Below, piece by piece: positions 1-5,545 of a DNA stretch of 5,545 nt (the first letter of the stretch is position 1; each line of letters opens with the position of its first letter). The stretch is taken from the NCBI RefSeq assembly GCF_003334385.1, contig NZ_QOWN01000081.1; one strand, written 5' to 3'. Under the pieces are notes generated by a model that worked only from the letters and a program-made list of their open reading frames with translations, was not told the DNA's origin and did no database searches. Position numbers and translations under genes: made by a program. Source of the stretch: Escherichia coli. Its GTDB lineage: Bacteria > Pseudomonadota > Gammaproteobacteria > Enterobacterales > Enterobacteriaceae.

Positions 1-1
1 T

Positions 2-77
2 TGGTGGGTCGTGCAGGATTCGAACCTGCGACCAATTGATTAAAAGTCAACTGCTCTACCAACTGAGCTAACGACCC
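2..77 (-). tRNA. lysV: tRNA-Lys (anticodon UUU), 76 nt including encoded 3' CCA
   Basis: Reverse complement of 2..77 reads GGGTCGTTAGCTCAGTTGGTAGAGCAGTTGACTTTTAATCAATTGGTCGCAGGTTCGAATCCTGCACGACCCACCA. This gives a cloverleaf with anticodon loop CUUUUAA (anticodon UUU), a T-arm GGTTCGAATCC and a terminal CCA. It matches the E. coli tRNA-Lys sequence as I recall it. Position in the Val-Lys operon beside gltX suggests lysV. Confidence 0.93.
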
Positions 78-80
78 GAG

Positions 81-156
81 TGGTGGGTGATGACGGGATC
101 GAACCGCCGACCCCCTCCTTGTAAGGGAGGTGCTCTCCCAGCTGAGCTAATCACCC
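81..156 (-). tRNA. valU: tRNA-Val (anticodon UAC), 76 nt including encoded 3' CCA
   Basis: Reverse complement of 81..156 reads GGGTGATTAGCTCAGCTGGGAGAGCACCTCCCTTACAAGGAGGGGGTCGGCGGTTCGATCCCGTCATCACCCACCA. The anticodon stem-loop is CCUCC-CUUACAA-GGAGG (anticodon UAC), with T-arm GGTTCGATCC and terminal CCA. Only 3 bp (78..80) separate it from tRNA-Lys. The symbol is uncertain: it is the promoter-proximal copy (valU position) but also the copy directly abutting lysV (valY position in K-12 as I recall). Confidence 0.92.
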
Positions 157-173
157 CCGCTGTGTGGAGTCGC

Positions 174-201
174 ATTATAGGGAGAGTTCAAAATGAGTCA
201 A
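174..201 (-). promoter_or_regulatory. sigma70 promoter of the tRNA-Val/Lys operon, stringent-type
   Basis: Minus-strand reading gives TTGACT (201..196), a 16-nt spacer, TATAAT (179..174), then the GC-rich discriminator GCGACTCC. The mature tRNA-Val 5' end lies 17 nt downstream of the -10. An A/T-rich stretch upstream (about 203..245) could hold UP-element or Fis sites. Confidence 0.7.
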
Positions 202-321
202 CGCATTTTCTAAAGAAATTGTTCGTTCGTCGTAAATTTAAGCAAGATGATCGCAAAACAGACCGTGTTGCGCAATTTGTCAACGAAAACAATAATGCGT
301 AAGGTAGAAACCCGAACTACA

Positions 322-349
322 TTGAGGAATCAGGCGGGAGTGATAGAAT
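322..349 (+). promoter_or_regulatory. candidate gltX promoter (one of possibly several)
   Basis: TTGAGG (322..327), a 16-nt spacer, then TAGAAT (344..349) preceded by an extended -10 TG at 341..342. The predicted start near 356 would give a roughly 58-nt leader to the gltX ATG. An alternative candidate is AATAAT at 291..296. From memory, gltX has multiple promoters; none can be confirmed from sequence alone. Confidence 0.35.
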
Positions 350-414
350 ATCGCCCACTTAATTTTTCCAGGATTTGCCGGTTGTCGGCATCTTTCTAAA
401 CGTAAGGCCATTTC

Positions 415-1830
415 ATGAAAATCAAAACTCGCTTCGCGCCAAGCCCAACAGGCTATCTGCACGTTGGCGGCGCGCGTACTGCTCTTTACTCCTGGCTTTT
501 TGCACGTAACCACGGCGGTGAGTTCGTGCTGCGTATTGAAGACACCGATCTTGAGCGTTCCACGCCGGAAGCTATCGAAGCCATTATGGATGGCATGAAC
601 TGGCTGAGCCTGGAGTGGGATGAAGGTCCGTACTACCAGACCAAACGTTTTGATCGCTACAACGCGGTGATCGATCAGATGCTGGAAGAGGGCACTGCTT
701 ATAAATGCTATTGCTCTAAAGAGCGCCTGGAAGCGCTGCGCGAAGAGCAAATGGCGAAAGGTGAGAAGCCGCGTTATGACGGTCGCTGCCGCCACAGCCA
801 TGAGCATCATGCTGATGATGAACCGTGTGTTGTACGTTTTGCTAACCCGCAGGAAGGTTCTGTTGTTTTTGACGATCAGATCCGTGGTCCGATCGAGTTC
901 AGCAACCAGGAACTGGACGATCTTATTATCCGCCGTACCGATGGTTCCCCAACCTATAACTTCTGTGTGGTTGTCGATGACTGGGATATGGAAATCACCC
1001 ACGTTATCCGTGGCGAAGACCATATCAACAACACGCCACGCCAGATCAACATTCTTAAGGCCCTGAAAGCGCCGGTGCCGGTTTACGCGCACGTTTCTAT
1101 GATCAATGGCGATGACGGTAAAAAACTGTCCAAACGTCACGGGGCAGTCAGCGTAATGCAGTATCGTGATGACGGTTATTTGCCAGAAGCACTGCTGAAC
1201 TATCTGGTGCGTCTGGGCTGGTCCCACGGCGATCAGGAAATCTTCACTCGTGAAGAGATGATCAAATACTTCACTTTGAATGCCGTCAGCAAATCTGCCA
1301 GTGCGTTCAACACCGACAAGCTGCTGTGGCTGAACCATCACTACATTAACGCGCTGCCGCCGGAGTATGTTGCTACTCACTTACAGTGGCACATTGAGCA
1401 GGAAAATATCGATACCCGTAACGGCCCGCAGCTGGCTGATCTGGTGAAACTGCTGGGCGAACGCTGCAAGACGCTGAAAGAGATGGCACAGAGCTGCCGT
1501 TATTTCTACGAAGATTTTGCTGAGTTCGATGCCGACGCCGCGAAAAAACATCTGCGTCCGGTAGCGCGTCAGCCGCTGGAAGTGGTTCGTGACAAACTGG
1601 CCGCGATTACTGACTGGACCGCTGAAAACGTTCATCACGCTATTCAGGCGACGGCGGATGAGCTGGAAGTGGGTATGGGTAAAGTTGGTATGCCGCTGCG
1701 TGTCGCCGTAACCGGTGCGGGGCAGTCTCCAGCACTGGATGTTACCGTTCACGCAATTGGTAAGACCCGCAGTATCGAGCGTATCAACAAAGCGCTGGAT
1801 TTTATTGCTGAACGCGAAAATCAGCAGTAA
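415..1830 (+). CDS. gltX: glutamyl-tRNA synthetase (GluRS), class I aminoacyl-tRNA synthetase, 471 aa
   Basis: A 471-codon ORF with ATG at 415 and a Shine-Dalgarno AAGG 7 nt upstream. The translation carries the class I HIGH-type motif (HVGG, codons 16-19) and a KMSKS-type motif (KLSKR). A Cys-x-Cys-x24-Cys-x-His zinc-binding signature (C98, C100, C125, H127; nt 706..795) is present, as expected for E. coli GluRS. Length and N-terminus ([19 protein letters not shown]) match E. coli GltX as I recall. Confidence 0.97.
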
Positions 1831-1847
1831 TTAGCGTGTAAAAAGAT

Positions 1848-1881
1848 AAACGGCAGGAGATAATATCCTGCCGTTTTTTAT
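1848..1881. terminator. bidirectional intrinsic terminator between convergent gltX and yfeD
   Basis: A perfect 7-bp GC-rich stem, CGGCAGG (1851..1857) pairing with CCTGCCG (1867..1873), encloses a 9-nt loop. It is preceded by an A-tract (1848..1850) and followed by TTTTTT (1874..1879), so either strand sees a hairpin followed by a U-tract. It sits between the gltX stop (1830) and the yfeD stop (1882). Confidence 0.75.
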
Positions 1882-2274
1882 TTATGCTGATTCGTCAATA
1901 TCGAGACGGGCGAGGAAATTGCGAATTCCTTCACGTGACAAAAATTGCGCGACTTTTTCCTGCTCAATGTCTGTCATATTATCTATCGCGTTGATGATTT
2001 GTCGATACGCCGGGGCGCGTGCTCCAGGAGCGTATTCAGCAATTCTCTCTTCAGCTTCCATCAACATTGGTGTGTTATGGAAGGCTGGCGTGTTCTGAAT
2101 AAACTCGCAAACTTGCGTATCGACCAGAATAAGTCTGGCACGACCGCCTTTCACGCCGGGAAATTTTTCCGTTTTCCAGCCTTTTTCTCTGATCCAACGG
2201 TTAACAGTTTGTTTAGCCACACCGAGGCATTCAGCCAGTTCTTCGGTGGTCATTTTATTGCGTAATCTTTTCAT
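1882..2274 (-). CDS. yfeD: small putative DNA-binding protein (helix-turn-helix, YfeC/YfeD family, DUF1323-like), 130 aa
   Basis: A 130-codon ORF on the minus strand. Its N-terminal roughly 55 residues (MTTEELAECLGVAKQTVNRWIREKGWKTEKFPGVKGGRARLILV) look like a helix-turn-helix and are clearly paralogous to the adjacent upstream ORF. The start lies 1 nt after the yfeC stop, suggesting translational coupling. There is no obvious Shine-Dalgarno; an alternative start is at M8. Confidence 0.85.
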   Translation of the reverse strand: MKRLRNKMTTEELAECLGVAKQTVNRWIREKGWKTEKFPGVKGGRARLILVDTQVCEFIQNTPAFHNTPMLMEAEERIAEYAPGARAPAYRQIINAIDNMTDIEQEKVAQFLSREGIRNFLARLDIDESA

Positions 2275-2275
2275 A

Positions 2276-2635
2276 TTATTTGCTATCGCGAATCCCTAAG
2301 CGTTGTAACAATCCGATAATCCCTTCCCGCAGAAGCAAGGATGTAAACTGTTTTTGTTCAACTGGCGTCATCTCTTTCGCCAGTGTCACCAGCAATACTT
2401 CAAGCGGCGCATCACCAGAAAGGGCAGGCGCTTCTCCCTGACCTTCTGGACGTTCAGCATTGCGAATATATTCACGAACCTGTTCATTGACGTGAACCAG
2501 TCGGGCTTTGCCACCCTGGACGCCAGGTTTTGGTGACGTTGTCCAGCCTTCCTTGCGTACCCATTTATTAATGGTCTGGCGGCTATAGCCGGTCAGTCTG
2601 GCAAGTTCATCTGGTGTCATCCTCTCCTTGAACAT
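2276..2635 (-). CDS. yfeC: small putative DNA-binding protein (helix-turn-helix, YfeC/YfeD family, DUF1323-like), 119 aa (114 aa if it starts at M6)
   Basis: A 119-codon ORF on the minus strand with a Shine-Dalgarno AGGGA 6 nt upstream of the ATG at 2635. An alternative start at M6 (2620) is preceded by AAGGAG at short spacing. The N-terminus (MTPDELARLTGYSRQTINKWVRKEGWTTSPKPGVQGGKARLVHV) is paralogous to YfeD. Confidence 0.85.
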   Translation of the reverse strand: MFKERMTPDELARLTGYSRQTINKWVRKEGWTTSPKPGVQGGKARLVHVNEQVREYIRNAERPEGQGEAPALSGDAPLEVLLVTLAKEMTPVEQKQFTSLLLREGIIGLLQRLGIRDSK

Positions 2636-2794
2636 AACAATTCCCTGAATGTATGTGGGTCTATTAGTAGTTCATTTTATAACACCACTTTACAGGAAAC
2701 CGTGACATGAATAACTACTGAATGCGAGCGGTTTTCCAAAATTGTTCATTTGCCTGATTTTTCAGCGATTGAAACTACACGTTGCAATTTGCCG

Positions 2795-2823
2795 TTGACA
2801 CATTCGGGCGGAATTCATATGAT
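2795..2823 (+). promoter_or_regulatory. sigma70 promoter of the tRNA-Ala (alaW-alaX) operon, stringent-type
   Basis: Consensus -35 TTGACA (2795..2800), a 17-nt spacer, then -10 TATGAT (2818..2823), followed by the GC-rich discriminator GCCGCCC. The first tRNA-Ala starts about 33 nt after the -10. Confidence 0.72.
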
Positions 2824-2855
2824 GCCGCCCGTCAACTCGACAAGCTTTACGTGAC

Positions 2856-2931
<76 letters not shown>

Positions 2932-2970
2932 AATTTTGCACCCAGCAAACTTGGTACGTAAACGCATCGT

Positions 2971-3046
<76 letters not shown>

Positions 3047-3055
3047 AATTTCCAA

Positions 3056-3081
3056 CCCTCGCTGCAAAGCGGGGGTTTTTT
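3056..3081 (+). terminator. intrinsic terminator of the alaW-alaX operon
   Basis: Stem CCCTCGC (3056..3062) pairs with GCGGGGG (3069..3075) over 7 bp, including one G-U pair, around a 6-nt loop TGCAAA. It is followed by TTTTTT (3076..3081) and sits 10 nt after the alaX CCA. Confidence 0.8.
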
Positions 3082-3254
3082 GTCTCTGCTTTTTGCCGCT
3101 TTTGTAATACAGTCTACGTCCGGGTTAGTGCCGCCTGGTGAAAGCATCATTGGATGAAAAATCGGCAACAGGCTGGCCCCCTGTTTGCTTCGCGATGCGA
3201 ATAAACTTATTATTTGTGTGCCTGAAAACCCCGATCAGTGAGAGTAGTGTACTC

Positions 3255-5444
3255 ATGTTTGTGGAGCATAACCTGATAAAAAATATCAAGATATTCACAC
3301 TAGCGTTTACGCTCACCGTGGTACTTATTCAGCTATCCCGTTTTATTTCGCCACTTGCCATTATCCATTCCAGTTATATCTTTCTGGCGTGGATGCCACT
3401 GTGCGTAATGCTGTCAATCTTGTTTATCTTTGGCTGGCGCGGTGTCGTTCCCGTTTTATGCGGGATGTTTTGCACCAATCTGTGGAACTTTCATCTCTCT
3501 TTTTTACAGACTGCGGTCATGCTCGGTAGCCAGACGTTTGTCGTGTTGTGTGCCTGCGCAATATTACGCTGGCAGCTGGGGACGCGTTGGCGTTATGGAT
3601 TGACCAGCCGATATGTCTGGCAACGTCTGTTCTGGCTTGGTTTGGTGACGCCGATCGGCATCAAATGCAGCATGTATCTTGTGGGGAGCTTCTTTGATTT
3701 CCCGCTAAAGATATCCACCTTTTTCGGCGATGCGGATGCCATTTTCACGGTCGTTGATTTGCTAAGCCTTTTCACCGCTGTGCTGATTTACAACATGCTT
3801 TTCTACTATCTCACTCGCATGATTGTAAGTCCCCACTTTGCGCAGATATTGTGGCGCAGGGATATCGCTCCGTCGTTGGGCAAAGAGAAACGCGCATTTA
3901 CCTTAAGCTGGCTGGCAGCGTTAAGCGTGCTGCTACTTCTGTTGTGCACACCTTATGAAAACGACTTTATTGCCGGTTACCTGGTACCCGTTTTCTTCAT
4001 CATCTTTACCCTCGGGGTCGGTAAGCTTCGCTATCCGTTTTTAAATCTCACCTGGGCTGTTTCAACGCTTTACCTTCTGAATTACAACCAGAACTTTTTG
4101 CAAGGGGTGGAAACCGAATATTCGCTGGCATTTATTCTTGCGGTGCTGATTTCCTTTAGCGTTTGCCTGCTCTATATGGTGCGCATTTATCATCGCAGTG
4201 AATGGCTTAATCGCCGCTGGCATTTGCAGGCGCTGACAGATCCGTTAACGCTCCTACCCAACTTTCGTGCGTTGGAACAAGCGCCGGAGCAAGAGGCGGG
4301 CAAGAGTTTTTGCTGCCTGCGCATTGATAATCTTGAGTTTATGAGTCGTCATTACGGCTTAATGATGCGCGTTCACTGTATCCGCTCAATTTGCCGTACG
4401 CTGCTGCCGTTGATGCAGGAAAACGAAAAGTTGTATCAATTGCCGGGTAGTGAACTGCTGTTAGTGCTGAGCGGGCCGGAAACGGAAGGGCGACTCCAGC
4501 ATATGGTTAACATCCTGAATAGTCGGCAAATTCACTGGAACAATACCGGGCTGGATATGGGCTATGGTGCTGCCTGGGGGCGTTTTGATGGAAATCAGGA
4601 AACCCTGCAACCCTTGTTGGGGCAGTTAAGCTGGCTGGCGGAGCAATCCTGCGCACATCATCATGTGCTGGCGCTGGATAGCAGAGAGGAGATGGTTTCC
4701 GGGCAGACCACTAAACAGGTGCTATTGCTGAATACCATTCGCACGGCGTTAGATCAGGGTGATTTGCTGCTCTACGCCCAGCCAATTCGCAACAAAGAGG
4801 GTGAAGGTTATGATGAGATCCTCGCGCGACTGAAATATGACGGCGGCATTATGACCCCGGATAAGTTTCTGCCCCTTATTGCTCAGTTTAACCTTAGCGC
4901 GCGTTTTGATTTGCAAGTGCTGGAATCCTTGTTGAAGTGGCTGGCAACACACCCTTGCGACAAAAAAGGACCGCGCTTTTCAGTCAATTTAATGCCGCTC
5001 ACGCTGCTGCAAAAGAATATTGCCGGGCGGATTATTCGTCTGTTTAAGCGTTATCACATCTCCCCGCAGGCGGTCATTCTTGAGATCACCGAGGAGCAGG
5101 CGTTTTCTAACGCAGAAAGCAGCATGTACAACATCGAGCAGCTGCATAAGTTTGGTTTCCGGATTGCGATTGATGACTTTGGCACCGGATATGCCAACTA
5201 CGAACGGTTAAAGCGTTTGCAGGCTGATATCATCAAAATTGATGGCGTCTTTGTGAAAGATATTGTCACGAACACGCTGGATGCGATGATTGTGAGATCA
5301 ATTACCGATCTGGCGAAAGCGAAGTCATTGAGTGTGGTCGCGGAGTTTGTCGAGACGCAACAGCAGCAGGCGCTATTGCATAAGCTCGGGGTGCAATATC
5401 TGCAAGGGTATTTGATTGGTCGCCCGCAGCCATTAGCTGATTAA
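3255..5444 (+). CDS. pdeA: c-di-GMP phosphodiesterase: N-terminal multi-pass membrane (MASE-type) domain, degenerate GGDEF domain, EAL domain; 729 aa
   Basis: The long ORF ends at TAA 5442..5444. I chose the ATG at 3255 (MFVEHNLIKNIK...) because it gives the 729-aa length I recall for E. coli PdeA/YfeA. The frame is open back to a GTG at 3138 and an ATG at 3195, so the start is uncertain. The N-terminal roughly 320 aa are strongly hydrophobic, consistent with multiple transmembrane segments. The middle domain resembles GGDEF but has PGSEL (nt 4443..4457) where GG[DE]EF is expected. The C-terminal domain carries EAL-type motifs: EIL at 4815..4823 in place of EAL, plus EITEE, DDFGTGYA, KIDG, EFVE and QGYL. 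Confidence 0.88.
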   Translation: MFVEHNLIKNIKIFTLAFTLTVVLIQLSRFISPLAIIHSSYIFLAWMPLCVMLSILFIFGWRGVVPVLCGMFCTNLWNFHLSFLQTAVMLGSQTFVVLCACAILRWQLGTRWRYGLTSRYVWQRLFWLGLVTPIGIKCSMYLVGSFFDFPLKISTFFGDADAIFTVVDLLSLFTAVLIYNMLFYYLTRMIVSPHFAQILWRRDIAPSLGKEKRAFTLSWLAALSVLLLLLCTPYENDFIAGYLVPVFFIIFTLGVGKLRYPFLNLTWAVSTLYLLNYNQNFLQGVETEYSLAFILAVLISFSVCLLYMVRIYHRSEWLNRRWHLQALTDPLTLLPNFRALEQAPEQEAGKSFCCLRIDNLEFMSRHYGLMMRVHCIRSICRTLLPLMQENEKLYQLPGSELLLVLSGPETEGRLQHMVNILNSRQIHWNNTGLDMGYGAAWGRFDGNQETLQPLLGQLSWLAEQSCAHHHVLALDSREEMVSGQTTKQVLLLNTIRTALDQGDLLLYAQPIRNKEGEGYDEILARLKYDGGIMTPDKFLPLIAQFNLSARFDLQVLESLLKWLATHPCDKKGPRFSVNLMPLTLLQKNIAGRIIRLFKRYHISPQAVILEITEEQAFSNAESSMYNIEQLHKFGFRIAIDDFGTGYANYERLKRLQADIIKIDGVFVKDIVTNTLDAMIVRSITDLAKAKSLSVVAEFVETQQQQALLHKLGVQYLQGYLIGRPQPLAD

Positions 5445-5545
5445 CAGGCGTAAAAAAACCGGGGAATTATCCCATAAGCGCTAACTTAAGGGTTGTGGTA
5501 TTACGCCTGATATGATTTAACGTGCCGATGAATTACTCTCACGAT

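Noticed and set aside
87-302. A 71-aa plus-strand ORF.
   Set aside because: It overlaps the tRNA-Val gene on the opposite strand and the divergent promoter region. It starts inside the tRNA and has no ribosome-binding site, so it is spurious.
761-1066. A 101-aa plus-strand ORF in an alternative frame inside gltX.
   Set aside because: It is internal and out of frame within a well-supported essential gene, with no start context.
280-1380. A 366-aa ORF on the minus strand, antisense to gltX. It is tempting given the Rodin-Ohno idea of sense/antisense coding of class I and class II aminoacyl-tRNA synthetases.
   Set aside because: Its codons are exactly in register with the gltX codons (antisense codon 417-416-415 mirrors sense codon 415..417). 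In that register, antisense stops arise only from sense TTA, CTA or TCA codons, which are rare in a highly expressed E. coli gene. The open frame is therefore a codon-usage artefact. It has no start context or Shine-Dalgarno and a low-complexity, unprotein-like translation.
1381-1752. A 123-aa minus-strand ORF antisense to the 3' half of gltX.
   Set aside because: It is the continuation of the same in-register antisense frame within gltX. There is no independent coding evidence.
1945-2536. Plus-strand ORFs of 106 aa (1945..2265) and 60 aa (2354..2536).
   Set aside because: They are antisense to yfeD and yfeC respectively, whose helix-turn-helix paralogy strongly supports the minus-strand frames as the real genes.
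3083-3254. Candidate pdeA promoter elements (for example TTGCCG / TAATAC near 3093..3110).
   Set aside because: The spacing between the candidate -35 and -10 is about 6 nt, far from the 16-18 nt optimum. No convincing sigma70 match was found by eye, so no promoter is called.
3593-5211. Small ORFs inside pdeA (minus strand 3593..3775 and 4749..4952; plus strand 5020..5211).
   Set aside because: They are embedded within or antisense to the pdeA coding frame, are short, and lack ribosome-binding sites.
5445-5545. A possible terminator after pdeA (GGGA-ATTA-TCCC hairpin near 5461..5473 with an adjacent A-run) and a 9-bp inverted repeat (CAGGCGTAA at 5445..5453 with TTACGCCTG at 5501..5509).
   Set aside because: The stem is only 4 bp and there is no T-tract after it on the plus strand; the T-run exists only on the minus strand. 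The 9-bp inverted repeat arms are 47 nt apart. This is too weak to call, and the window ends before the downstream context can be seen.

Overview
This window looks like a well-known core-genome locus of Escherichia coli (or a very close relative), in reverse orientation relative to the K-12 reference as I recall it. I found no mobile element, CRISPR array or defence system, and I will not invent one. Read left to right it contains: the 3' part of a stable-RNA operon on the minus strand (tRNA-Val(UAC) then tRNA-Lys(UUU), running off the left edge); a divergent promoter region; gltX (glutamyl-tRNA synthetase, class I) on the plus strand; a bidirectional intrinsic terminator; two tandem paralogous small helix-turn-helix genes (yfeD, yfeC) on the minus strand; a second divergent promoter region; the tRNA-Ala(GGC) operon alaW-alaX on the plus strand with its own terminator; and pdeA/yfeA, a membrane-anchored degenerate-GGDEF + EAL c-di-GMP phosphodiesterase. 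The most notable points are: only one tRNA-Val copy precedes tRNA-Lys, where I recall three tandem copies in K-12; the poorly characterised yfeC/yfeD pair; and the start-codon ambiguity and domain degeneracy of pdeA. All organism, gene-name and reference comparisons are from memory, not from a search.
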